NCBI GenBank assembly: GCA_027031765.1 | Contig: JALVPN010000181.1 | Span: 1-27,065 of the forward strand | Direction of reading: 5' to 3' | Source of the DNA: Promethearchaeota archaeon | GTDB lineage: Archaea > Asgardarchaeota > Thorarchaeia > Thorarchaeales > Thorarchaeaceae | Length of the DNA: 27,065 nt | Shown here: in pieces, positions 7,777 through 17,276 of the stretch | How the letters are laid out: the number at the start of each line of letters is the position of its first letter | How positions within the stretch are numbered: position 1 is the stretch's first letter | Position numbers and translations under genes: made by a program | The notes under the pieces: generated by a model | Told to the model about the DNA's origin: nothing | The model's database searches: none | What the model saw: only the letters and a program-made list of their open reading frames with translations

Positions 7777-9332
7777 GGTACACCCCCGTTTCCAGATGAC
7801 AGGACACCCGTCCTCTCAAGTCGCAGCGACAGGAGGGCGACGACCAGCAAGAACAGTCCGGTCGCAGACGTGGTCGCTGCCATCGATACCAGTCCAGTAG
7901 CAGCAGCAGTCCCTGCCCCAAGGAGCCACTCTATGGAGGCGAAGAGGGCGAGCGTGATCCCGTCAGACTGCAGTGTCACGAGCCTGAAGAATGCCACAAG
8001 GGCCAGGAAGGCCCCAGTCATGAACAGGAACGCCATGATAGTCCCAGTGGACGAGGTGAAGGCAATGACCAGACCAACGGCACCCAGCACCAAAGAGACA
8101 GTGGTGGTCATAAGGTGCGGCAGGGCCTGTGGGCGCTGCTCACGGAACCACACGGCGTACTGGACACCACTACGGGCCAGCCAGTCCACAAGCTTCGGCG
8201 CTGCCACAAACAGCACAATGAGGCCCTCAATGACCGAAACCATCTCAATGGGCACCCCCGCAACGCGTTGCATGCTGGTCCCACCAGCTTTCAGGGCCCC
8301 AAAGAAGAGGGCCCCGAAGAGCACACCCCAGGGGTTGTTGTTGCCCAGTACCGCCACGGTGATGCCGTCCCAGCCGAGGCCACCCGACCAGCCGTCCCTG
8401 AACCGGTGGTGGTAACCGAGGATCTCTGTACCCCCGGCGAGGCCAGCAAGGACACCGCTCAGCGTGAGCGCGATGGCCATGTTCTTCTTCGCATTGATGC
8501 CGGCATACTCTGCGGCCTCTCTGTTCAGGCCCACGGCACGCATCTCGTACCCGAGCACGGTCCCGTTTATCACGTAGTCGACGACTATGACCGCGCCCAC
8601 TGCAATCAGCAGGCCAGCATGGAGGAACGGACTGCCGAGCTTCGGGAGATAGGCACTGGGCAATATGAGGGGCGTCTGGGGTGAGGGCTGTACCTGACCG
8701 GGCTCGAAGAAGGGGCCATTGCGGCTGACCATCCACTGGGTCAACAGGATGGCCACGTAGCTCAGCATCATCGTCGTGACCACCTCGTGTGCACCACGGT
8801 ATGCCTTGAGGACACCGGGTACCAGGGCCCACAGCCCGCCGACAAGCATGGCGAAGAGCAGGCACGCCAACGGGTGCACGATGATGGGGAGGGCGAACAT
8901 GTAGCCCAGCACGGTGGCAGCAATGGAACCTACGTACAGCTGGCCCTCAGCACCAATGTTGAAGAGGCCACACTTGAAGGCCAGCGCGACCGAAAGGCCC
9001 GTCAGGACCAGCGGCGTGGCATAGAACAGCACCCTGTCGACCTGCGTCGCAGCACCGTAGACCAGGGCGATGTAAGCAAGGCCTGCGTTGTAGCCCGCCA
9101 TGGACATGAGTGTGGCACCTGTGAGCACCGCCAGCACGACTGCACCGACGGCCCAGCCGACCGCTCTCTGCACTTCAGGCTCCGTCACCCGGCGGACCGA
9201 CTCGACCATGAGGCCTACGATGTTCCTGAGCAGCAACACGGGCCCCTTCTCACTCTCACTGGGGGCTCTGTCCTGCATGTCCGCAGTGACGTGTTCACTC
9301 CTGTCGTCGTCAACGGTACTGTCAACACTCAC
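7773..9332 (-). CDS. ABC transporter permease (NupB/YufP-like) with an extra C-terminal membrane domain
   Basis: TPLVLTGLSVALAFKCGLFNIGAEGQLY, AHEVVTTMMLSY, LGYEMRAVGLN, GWDGITVAVLGNNNPWG. AGGAGGTG SD and GTG start overlapping the ATPase stop. Confidence 0.92.
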   Translation of the reverse strand: MSVDSTVDDDRSEHVTADMQDRAPSESEKGPVLLLRNIVGLMVESVRRVTEPEVQRAVGWAVGAVVLAVLTGATLMSMAGYNAGLAYIALVYGAATQVDRVLFYATPLVLTGLSVALAFKCGLFNIGAEGQLYVGSIAATVLGYMFALPIIVHPLACLLFAMLVGGLWALVPGVLKAYRGAHEVVTTMMLSYVAILLTQWMVSRNGPFFEPGQVQPSPQTPLILPSAYLPKLGSPFLHAGLLIAVGAVIVVDYVINGTVLGYEMRAVGLNREAAEYAGINAKKNMAIALTLSGVLAGLAGGTEILGYHHRFRDGWSGGLGWDGITVAVLGNNNPWGVLFGALFFGALKAGGTSMQRVAGVPIEMVSVIEGLIVLFVAAPKLVDWLARSGVQYAVWFREQRPQALPHLMTTTVSLVLGAVGLVIAFTSSTGTIMAFLFMTGAFLALVAFFRLVTLQSDGITLALFASIEWLLGAGTAAATGLVSMAATTSATGLFLLVVALLSLRLERTGVLSSGNGGVP

Positions 9333-10909
9333 GTGGACACCTCCTGCACGCTGTGTCCGGCCATGAGGAGGCCGAGTTCCTCAGCGCTGGTCTCCTCCGG
9401 GTCCCGCAGGGCCACAATCCGGCCGTCAAACATGACTGCAATCCGGTCCGAGAGGTTCATTATCTCGTCGAGTTCCGCCGACACGAGCAGTACAGCTGCA
9501 CCACTGTCACGCATGTCCACCAACACCCTGTGTATGTACTCGGTGGCCCCGACGTCGAGGCCACGCGTCGGCTGTGCCGCGAGGACCACCCGCGGACGAC
9601 CTGCCAGCTCCCGCGCCACGACGACCTTCTGCTGGTTGCCACCTGACAGCGTGGCTGCTGCATCCCTCACACTACCAGCGCGGATGTCATAGTCCTGCAC
9701 GAGGGTGACTGCAAAGTCATGGATGGCGGACAGGTCGAGGAAGGCATGTCCGGGCCCAGTTGCGAAGGGCGCCCGGTACTCACTGCCAAGGATGAGGTTC
9801 TCCATTACGGAGAAGCCCAGTACCAGGCCCCTGCGCTGACGGTCCTCAGGGATGTGACACACGCCGGCCTCCCGGATATCGCGCGCACTCCAATCCGTCA
9901 CATCAACACCGTCCACGAGTATGCGTCCAGACTCCACCCTGCGCAGACCTGCGACGGCCTCCACAAGCTCCGTCTGGCCGTTGCCCTCCACACCAGCAAT
10001 CCCGACGACCTCGCCCCGCCGGACCGAGATGCTGGCACCACGTACCGCCTCGACGCCACGGTTGTCCTGCACGTGGAGGTCCTCCACCACGAGTGCTACA
10101 TCTCCGGGACGGGCGGGGGCCTTCTGCACCTTGAAAGACACTGTGCGCCCGACCATCATGCGGGCAAGCTCCTCGGGGGACGTCTCCTCCCTGTCAACAG
10201 TGCCGACCAGCTCTCCGTCACGGAGCACACTGATACGGTCGCACAGGGCCATCGGCTCCCGCAGCTTGTGGGTTATGAGGATGATAGTCCGCCCCTGCTC
10301 CCTGAAGTGCTCCAGGGTGACGAAGAGCTCGTCCACCTCCTGAGGGGTGAGCACTGATGTCGGCTCGTCCAGTATCAGGATGTCCGCCTGACGGTACAGT
10401 GCCTTCATGATCTCGACCCGCTGCTGCATCCCAACGGAGATGTCTGCGACCCGCGCATCAGGGTCAACTGCAAGGCCGTTCTCGACGGCAATCTCACGGA
10501 TCCGTCGTGCAGCCGCTGTCAGGTCCAGCGGCATCAGGGATGCCACGGGCCCCGGACTCTTGCGTCCGGCTCTGCGGAGGACGTCACGCACCGGCTCCAG
10601 ACCGAGGACAACGTTCTCGGTGACCGTCAGGGAGGGTATCAGCCTGAAGTGCTGGTGCACCATGCCGACGCCCCGGACAATGGCGTCCTGTGGTGACTGG
10701 AGCTCGACCTCCTCGCCCTTTATCACTACGCGTCCACGGTCCTTCGACAGCAGGCCATATAGGATGTTCATCAGCGTCGTCTTGCCGGCCCCGTTCTCTC
10801 CCAGTAGGCCGTGCACCTCGCCTGCCTGCACCCGGAGTGTGATGCCACGGTTCGCCTGTGTGCCGCTGGGAAAGGTCTTCCATATGTCCTCTAGCTCGAC
10901 GGCGTACAC
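9329..10909 (-). CDS. ABC transporter ATP-binding protein, duplicated-domain (NupA/YufO/RbsA-like)
   Basis: Walker A GENGAGKTT, Walker B ILILDEPT, second-half signature LSGGNQQK, AAQPTRGLDVGA, SAELDE. Start placed at GTG 10909 behind AGGAG; the ORF track extends to 11065. Confidence 0.95.
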   Translation of the reverse strand: MYAVELEDIWKTFPSGTQANRGITLRVQAGEVHGLLGENGAGKTTLMNILYGLLSKDRGRVVIKGEEVELQSPQDAIVRGVGMVHQHFRLIPSLTVTENVVLGLEPVRDVLRRAGRKSPGPVASLMPLDLTAAARRIREIAVENGLAVDPDARVADISVGMQQRVEIMKALYRQADILILDEPTSVLTPQEVDELFVTLEHFREQGRTIILITHKLREPMALCDRISVLRDGELVGTVDREETSPEELARMMVGRTVSFKVQKAPARPGDVALVVEDLHVQDNRGVEAVRGASISVRRGEVVGIAGVEGNGQTELVEAVAGLRRVESGRILVDGVDVTDWSARDIREAGVCHIPEDRQRRGLVLGFSVMENLILGSEYRAPFATGPGHAFLDLSAIHDFAVTLVQDYDIRAGSVRDAAATLSGGNQQKVVVARELAGRPRVVLAAQPTRGLDVGATEYIHRVLVDMRDSGAAVLLVSAELDEIMNLSDRIAVMFDGRIVALRDPEETSAEELGLLMAGHSVQEVST

Positions 10910-11263
10910 CTCTCTGGCTCCTATGTGCAGTCTGCCTATGGTCTGCCAGCGTTTTCGGGCACATGCCCGACAGCTCTGCCGGTATTTAACAGTGCGGGGA
11001 GAGCACCTGGGGTCGTGCAGTGGGCACCATGTGGGATGGCCCACGGGAGGGCCCCGAAAGGACACACACGGCCCAGTGGGGGTGGCAGGTCGGCCCTGTC
11101 AGTCGGCACGTTGCATGCAATACCCCACGACCCCTCGCTCCGGACAGGAGGGCCGTGACCCAGCCCCGGTCGAGGCGGGATGGGTGGGAGGCCTGCTGGG
11201 AGTGACCGGCGACTGTTGGAGGAGACGTAAGGATGAGGGTAGGAGAAGTAGAGAAAGGGTGTC

Positions 11264-11288
11264 GGCAGGGGGTTGCATGCCCCCTGCC
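11264..11288 (-). terminator. GC-rich stem-loop downstream of the BMP gene (terminator/attenuator or mRNA-stabilising hairpin)
   Basis: On the minus strand GGCAGGGGG-CATGCAA-CCCCCTGCC forms a 9-bp perfect stem, followed by the pyrimidine-rich tract CCCTTTCTCTACTTCTCCT. Confidence 0.55.
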
Positions 11289-11300
11289 TTGCCCGACGCC

Positions 11301-12344
11301 TCAGTCGAGCCAGTACTTGTGGTCATACTTGGTCATGTTGATCTCGCCGCTGATTATCTTCTGCTTCAGGTTCTCAACAGCGGTCTTCACGTTGTCAGGT
11401 AGGGTGAGGAGGTCTTCATTGACCTCGTAGTCGAGGCCGCCATTCGCAAGGGTGAAGGTCTTGATACCACCCGAGAAGTTGTCGTTCTTGACGTCCTCTA
11501 TGATGTCGTAGACTGCCACGTCCACACGCTTGAGCATGGATGTCAGACAGACAGTGGGCGGCTGCGGGTTCTCAGGGTCAGCGCATCCGAGGTACATCTG
11601 CGGGCTGTCCACTCCAATCACCCACACGTCCTCGTGGTTCTTGGCACTGGTAAAGACGCCAAGGCCCGAACGACCAGCAGCTGCAAAGACTACGTCAATC
11701 CCCGAGTCGTACATTGCATCTGCAATGTGCTGGCCGCCAGCCGTGTCAACCCAGGAGTTCGTGTACTGGACTGTGAAGTTGACACCCGGCCTTGTGTAGT
11801 TGGCCCCGAAGACATAGCCGCCAGCGAACTTGTTGATCAGGGGTATGTCCATGCCACCGACAAAGCCAATCTTGCCGGTCTGTGTCATCAGGCCAGCGAT
11901 TGCCCCCACTAGTGCGGAGCCCTCGTGTTCGTTGAACAACAGGCTCGCCACGTTCGAGGCATTGACGTACATGTCCACTATTGCAAACGACTGGTTCGGG
12001 TAGTCGGCTGCGACCGCGCTCAGGGCATCGGCCTGGTCAAAGCCGATTGAGATTATGAGGTCGTAGCCCTGCGCTGCGTAGTCACGCAAATAAGGCTCGT
12101 ACTCGTCTATCGTTTCCGGCTCGACGTACGTGAAGGGCATCCCGAGCTCTTCCTGTGCTCGCAGTGCGCCGTTGTAGCAGCCATCGTTGAAGGACTTGTC
12201 ACCCAGCCCACCAGTCGCAAAGACAATTGCAATCCTTGGAGCTGGCGGGAACAACATTGGGCCAAGGAACACGACGGCGCCAATCCCAGCCACTGCGAGC
12301 ACCACAATCACAACTATTGCTTTGGTCTTGCTGCTCGCGCTCAT
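11301..12344 (-). CDS. BMP-family (PnrA/TmpC-like) ABC substrate-binding protein, N-terminally membrane anchored
   Basis: GGLGDKSFNDG, YDLIISIGF, FAIVD, FNEHEGSALVGAIA, KIGFVGGM, DVVFAAAGRSGLG, VIGVDS, LTSMLKRVD. N-terminal KTK plus hydrophobic helix with no lipobox Cys. Confidence 0.93.
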   Translation of the reverse strand: MSASSKTKAIVVIVVLAVAGIGAVVFLGPMLFPPAPRIAIVFATGGLGDKSFNDGCYNGALRAQEELGMPFTYVEPETIDEYEPYLRDYAAQGYDLIISIGFDQADALSAVAADYPNQSFAIVDMYVNASNVASLLFNEHEGSALVGAIAGLMTQTGKIGFVGGMDIPLINKFAGGYVFGANYTRPGVNFTVQYTNSWVDTAGGQHIADAMYDSGIDVVFAAAGRSGLGVFTSAKNHEDVWVIGVDSPQMYLGCADPENPQPPTVCLTSMLKRVDVAVYDIIEDVKNDNFSGGIKTFTLANGGLDYEVNEDLLTLPDNVKTAVENLKQKIISGEINMTKYDHKYWLD

Positions 12345-12640
12345 GAGTCTGATACTCCATCTCTTCGTAGTCTGGTGGCCCCGAAGACCACACTCCTGGC
12401 CCTGCACATGCAGCTCGCCGTGCGGGGCCATCGGGCAAACGTATGCGCCACTAATGCAAACGGGCTAAAAAGTCTGGCCCAATGTCGTTTCCAACATGTC
12501 TACGTCCTGGCACTGACGTACGGCCCGTCAGGACTCCCGCTGCACACAGTCCTCATACGCGATGGCGTGGGCAATTGGGACTCCCGAGCCTGTCCTCGCT
12601 ACGGGACAAGGCTATATGTCACAGTGATGACGACAGGCCC

Positions 12641-13378
12641 ATGCTGGTACACTACGAGGAAGCGGGTGACAGCAGTCTTCCGGACATAGTGTTTGTACAC
12701 GGCGCCGGCGGCTCGTCAGCAACATGGTACATGCAGCTGCGCGGACTGGCATCGACACTACACGTCGTCGCCCTGGACCTCAACGGACACGGCCAGACCC
12801 CGGACCGTGGCGACGACGATGTCTTGGCATCGTACCTCAAAGACATCAGCGAGGTCGTACAGCAGTGCGACAGACCAGTCCTCGCCGGCCACTCGATGGG
12901 AGGGGCCCTAGCACAGGCCTACGCCCATCAGCACGGCGATGAGCTGCGCGGGCTCGTACTGGTGGGGACAGGCGCCAAGCTCCGCGTTGCCCCAATGATA
13001 TTTGAGATGCTGGACAACGACTACGAGTCGTACCTCATGACACTGGGCAAGTTCATGTTCCACGAGAGCGCACCGGAGGGTCTCATAGAGGCCACGGTCG
13101 CGGAGGCCAGGAAATGTCCTGTCAGCATTGTCCGCCGGGACTTTGAGATGTGTGACAGGTTCGACATGATGGAGGCTGTACGCGAGATCACGACGCCCAC
13201 ACTGGTGGTCGTGGGCGAAGGCGACAAGATGACACCGGTCAAGTATGCGGAGTACCTCCACAGAGAAATCCCGCACTCCGAGCTCGTGGTAGTAGAGAGT
13301 GCCGGGCATGCCGTGATGCTGGAGAGACCGACCGAGTTCAACGATGCGGTCAGGACATGGGCCCAGCGACTAGAATGA
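12641..13378 (+). CDS. Alpha/beta fold hydrolase (Abhydrolase_1/6)
   Basis: VFVHGAGGSS oxyanion motif, LDLNGHGQT, nucleophile elbow GHSMGG, Asp in GEGDKMTP, His in AGHAVMLE. TATA-like CTATAT about 25 nt upstream of ATG 12641. Confidence 0.93.
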   Translation: MLVHYEEAGDSSLPDIVFVHGAGGSSATWYMQLRGLASTLHVVALDLNGHGQTPDRGDDDVLASYLKDISEVVQQCDRPVLAGHSMGGALAQAYAHQHGDELRGLVLVGTGAKLRVAPMIFEMLDNDYESYLMTLGKFMFHESAPEGLIEATVAEARKCPVSIVRRDFEMCDRFDMMEAVREITTPTLVVVGEGDKMTPVKYAEYLHREIPHSELVVVESAGHAVMLERPTEFNDAVRTWAQRLE

Positions 13379-13450
13379 CACCCACTCAGTGTGTGAGGCT
13401 GGCGCGTCCGTCACCACGGCGGGCGCTACTGACCGACCACCGACACAGGG

Positions 13451-14932
13451 CTATCTGAACTCCAGCATGTCGATACTGATGAGGCCCTCAAGGGCTGGCG
13501 GCACGCTCGGTGACCCCCGCAAGTCCTCGGACGCGTATAGCACCGCCTCCTTGGGGTACGAGAGGGCTAGTAGGCCCGGACATGAGAACAACGGGCTCAC
13601 ATCGATTTCCTCGATGGGGTTGCCGTCAAGGTGCAGCTCTGCGAGCTCGTCGCAGGAGGCCAGCGGGAGCAGGTCGATGTCTGTGAGCGCGTTGTTCGCC
13701 AGCGACAGTCGTTCGAGAGTCGTCACGCTGCTGAACGCGTCCAGACTCACCGTGCGCAGCTCGTTGTCAGCAAGGTCGACCCATCCGAGTTGCTGCAGGT
13801 TCGACAGTGGTGTCAGGTCAATGGCGGTCAGACGGTTGCCACTCAGTATCAGTACTCCGAGTCCAGCACAGCGCCCTAGTGGGCCGAGGTCAACGGTCTT
13901 GAGCTCATTGGAGCCGATGTCGAGGACCTCGAGCTGCTGGCACTCAGCGAGAGGGCTCAGGTCAATCGAGCGGAGGGCGTTGGAGCCCAGGTCGAGGTTC
14001 TCAAGCCGGGGACACTCGCGCAGGGGCAACAGGTCAATCGACGCAATCTCGTTGCCAAAGAGCAGGAGCATCTCCAGCTCCTTGCATCCCGTCAGAGGGG
14101 CTAGGTCGACCCCTGTGAGGGAGTTGTTGTGTAGGCCAAGCTTCTGTAGCGCGCTGCACTGGGCAAGCGGGCCAAGGTCAATCTCTACGAAGTTGTTGTC
14201 CGAGAGAGAGAGTTCTTCGAGTGCCGTGCAGCCCGACAGTGGCGTCAGGTCTATTGACAGGAGGTCGTTGCCACCCAGTTTGAGCGCACGCAGCGACTGG
14301 AGGCCCGCCAGTGGTGACAAGTCCACGTCCTCCAGCACATTGTTCTGCACTGCGACCTCTTCGAGCAGTGAGCAGCTTGCCATGGCCGACAGGTCAACGG
14401 ACGACAACCGGTTGTCTGACAGGTCCACCGAACGCAGTGGGGTGCATGAACCGAGTGGGCTCAGGTCTACGGACGACAACTGGTTGCCGTTGAGAAGGAT
14501 ACGCTCCAGCTGAGAGGATGCCAGTGGCGACAGGTCCACCGCTGCAAGCAGGTTCCCATCAAGGTCCAGGCGCCGCAGGTCGGGGCACTCTGACAGTGGT
14601 GAGAGGTCGACTCCATCTAGCAGGTTGAAGGAGAGGTCGAGCACCTCAAGGTTCTTGCAGGCACGGAGCGGCCCAAGGTCTATGGACTCGAGGTTGTTGG
14701 CCTCCAAGTCGAGAAAAGCGAACTCTGACAGGGCCGACAGCGGGCTCAGGTCCAGCGAGGACAGGCTGTTGTTGTCCAGGTCTAGCACCCGTAGCGAAGA
14801 CAGCGACACAAGGGGTTCCAGCGACAGCTCGCCGATACTGTTGTTCCTCAGTATGATGGCCGTCAGGCCGGTCAGCGAACGCAGCGGCCCGAGGTCAATC
14901 TGCATGATCTCACGTGACGACAGGTCCACCAT
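13451..14932 (-). CDS. Leucine-rich repeat protein (about 18 repeats of 24 aa plus capping segments)
   Basis: Consensus (I/V)DLxPLxxCxxLxxLxLxxNxLxx, counted as 17 units of 24 aa and one of 23 aa, then a degenerate IDVSPLFSCPGL cap. No signal peptide or TM. The reading frame stays open upstream to 15010. Confidence 0.93.
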   Translation of the reverse strand: MVDLSSREIMQIDLGPLRSLTGLTAIILRNNSIGELSLEPLVSLSSLRVLDLDNNSLSSLDLSPLSALSEFAFLDLEANNLESIDLGPLRACKNLEVLDLSFNLLDGVDLSPLSECPDLRRLDLDGNLLAAVDLSPLASSQLERILLNGNQLSSVDLSPLGSCTPLRSVDLSDNRLSSVDLSAMASCSLLEEVAVQNNVLEDVDLSPLAGLQSLRALKLGGNDLLSIDLTPLSGCTALEELSLSDNNFVEIDLGPLAQCSALQKLGLHNNSLTGVDLAPLTGCKELEMLLLFGNEIASIDLLPLRECPRLENLDLGSNALRSIDLSPLAECQQLEVLDIGSNELKTVDLGPLGRCAGLGVLILSGNRLTAIDLTPLSNLQQLGWVDLADNELRTVSLDAFSSVTTLERLSLANNALTDIDLLPLASCDELAELHLDGNPIEEIDVSPLFSCPGLLALSYPKEAVLYASEDLRGSPSVPPALEGLISIDMLEFR

Positions 14933-15347
14933 GGTGGCGTCGTCCGGTATCTCAACGGGCCCGACCTCAATTCCCGCTGACGAGACCCAAGAGATTTCTA
15001 CTGGCAGTATTCATCTCTCCTCGCAGTGCCTTGTCTGTAACAGGGCGTGAGGTGGCTATTATCCTTTGTCCCACCAGCCCAACGCGCCCACATCGTCAGA
15101 ATGCTGGTGGTGCAGCAGGTGGCACCCCCGGAGAAAGTCCCTGCGATGGGCCCACGAGAACAGTGCGACGGAGTGCGGTGCATGGTCGCGTGGCCCCGTC
15201 GGCAGTGGGCGGTTCGTGGGCTGTGTGGTGGTACTGCGCATGTGCGACCAGGTCACAACACTGACACGGGCCACCAGACAGGGTGACCGAATGGATAAAT
15301 ATCTGGTCACCATCACCTTACACCCTTCCAAGGCAGGAGACAGAAAC

Positions 15348-16697
15348 ATGGCAACCGAGAACATTCCCACAGACCGCAAGGAGCGGATTGCATGGTACCT
15401 CTACGACTTTGCAAACACCAGCTTCACGGTCCTCATGGTCACGGCGTTGTTCCCGCTATACTTCAAGGGACTCGTCACACACTTTGTCATGGACGACGGT
15501 TCCCTAGGGACTGCGCTGTGGGGGTATGCTGGTAGCATAACCATGATAGTGATAGCCCTGACATCGCCGGTCCTGGGAGCAATTGCAGACTACTCGGGTA
15601 CCAAGAAGAAGTTCCTCACGTTCTATACGGCACTGTGTATCACGTTCAACGCACTGCTGTACTTCGCCACTCCCGATGTCCCTGCGTTCCTGGGACTCCC
15701 AATATGGGTGTGGGCATGGGTAGTGTTCATTGTGGCAAACATAGGGTTCCAGGGAGCACTGCCATTCTACAACGCGTGGCTGCCCGAGATAAGCGATGAA
15801 GAGACCATTGGTCGGATTGGCGGTATCGGTTTCGCCGCCGGCTACGTGGGTGCTCTGTGCACGATTGTCATAGCACTGATCAGCGTCCTCATGGACCTAC
15901 CACCAACGCTGCCGTTCCTCCTCGGCGCCCTGTTCTTCCTCGTGTTCGCGATACCGAGTATCCTCGGCCTCAAGAACCGTCCACCAACAGCCCGGCCAGA
16001 AGAGGCGGACTTGGGGCTGGCCCGGGTGGGTTTCAAGCGCGTTGCGCGTACCTTCCGTGAGATGAAGCATTATCAGGGCCTACCACTGTTCTTGGTAGCC
16101 TACTTCCTCTTCAGTGATGCCATCACAACCGTGATTTACTTTGCCAGCATCTATGGGGAGACCGTCTATGCCTTCAGCCAGACACAGATACTCGTCTTCT
16201 TCGCAGTCACACAGTTCGCCGCTATCCCGGGTGCTTTCATCTTCGGGTACTTCGCGGACGCGATAGGCACGAAGAGAACGCTGATACTCACACTCATACT
16301 CTGGGTCGACTCGCTCGTGGTTGCGTTCCTAGGGTCGAGTCAGATAGTCTGGTGGGTCGTGGGCATGATTGCAGGCATGGGCATGGGCTCCGCCCAGAGC
16401 ACCGCCCGGAGCATGTTCGGACAGTACATCCCTGAAGAGAAGAAGAGTGAGATGTACGGCCTATATGCCCTGACCGGGAAGTTCGCAGCAATCCTCGGGC
16501 CGGCAGTCTACTCTACGGTCATCCTCTGGGCCAGCGCGACGGGTCACGACATAGTGACTGCAAACAGGCTTGCGCTCCTGGCAATCCTCGCGTTCTTCGT
16601 CCTCTCCATCCTCATCCTCCTGAAGGTGCGACAGCCAGTCATGGGCAAGTCCAAGACCGGGACCCATCTCGAAGACGACTTCGCACCAGGCGCGTGA
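15348..16697 (+). CDS. MFS transporter, UMF1/BtlA (COG2270; Atg22-like) family
   Basis: AWYLYDFANTSF, SPVLGAIADYSGTKKKFL, FYNAWLPEIS, GFAAGYVG, FLFSDAITT, GMGSAQSTARSMF, YGLYALTGKFAAILGP; about 12 TM. GGAG SD before ATG 15348. Confidence 0.9.
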   Translation: MATENIPTDRKERIAWYLYDFANTSFTVLMVTALFPLYFKGLVTHFVMDDGSLGTALWGYAGSITMIVIALTSPVLGAIADYSGTKKKFLTFYTALCITFNALLYFATPDVPAFLGLPIWVWAWVVFIVANIGFQGALPFYNAWLPEISDEETIGRIGGIGFAAGYVGALCTIVIALISVLMDLPPTLPFLLGALFFLVFAIPSILGLKNRPPTARPEEADLGLARVGFKRVARTFREMKHYQGLPLFLVAYFLFSDAITTVIYFASIYGETVYAFSQTQILVFFAVTQFAAIPGAFIFGYFADAIGTKRTLILTLILWVDSLVVAFLGSSQIVWWVVGMIAGMGMGSAQSTARSMFGQYIPEEKKSEMYGLYALTGKFAAILGPAVYSTVILWASATGHDIVTANRLALLAILAFFVLSILILLKVRQPVMGKSKTGTHLEDDFAPGA

Positions 16698-16913
16698 CCG
16701 GACCGCAGTGCTGTGGAGAGGGCCGGTCATCCTACACCTCAGGTCTGAGCCCATGGTCACGCAGCATCACGAGGACTGTAGCGACCATCGACCGACACAC
16801 GCTCATCGCAGACACGTCACTCAGGCACTGCCAAGTAGGCATGGGCCGGTAGCCTACACGGCTGGAGGCACCAGTTTGCCTAGCAAGACTGCCCTCTTTG
16901 ACCCCTCAGGCTC

Positions 16914-17169
16914 GATGGGCTCGACAACTTTGAGGCCACAGGCATCATGACAGTATCACTAGATGAAAGCAGATTGGGCTTCTTTTCCGGCACGGGGAGC
17001 GTCGAAGAGACCGTCACTGGCAAGGGAAAGGGGTACTCTGAACATCCCTCACCCACCCCTCAAAGACGACACCGAGTACTGGCGTGTGTTCGACCAGCTC
17101 GTGGTGCCGCTGTGGCGGGGCTGTGCACCAGACCTCGTCGTGTAGAACGTAGGTGCAGACAGTCACGCT
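16914..17169 (+). pseudogene. Degraded fragment of a histone deacetylase/AcuC-family (Zn-dependent amidohydrolase) gene
   Basis: One frame gives DG...IMTVSLDESRLGFFSGTGSVEETVTGKGKGYS. After a frameshift near 17037-17041 the next frame gives NIPHPPLKDDTEYWRVFDQLVVPLWRGCAPDLVV*NVGADSHA. These match, in order, the family motifs TxSLHE..FFPGTG..E.G.G.GKGYSVNIPLP...D..Y...F..VV.P......PDLVV...GADSH. In-frame TAG at 17143-17145. Confidence 0.75.
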
Positions 17170-17276
17170 GTCCATGTGGGTGACACTTCCACGACCCACG
17201 TAGTGGAAAGACTCCTTGGCCCGGCCCCCGACATCGACTGGCTAGGACTTGAATAGCCCACCAGCTGCCCTGTCGC

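Noticed and set aside
13389-14513. 374-aa plus-strand ORF
   Set aside because: Antisense shadow of the Leu-rich LRR gene; Ser/Arg-rich with no family motif.
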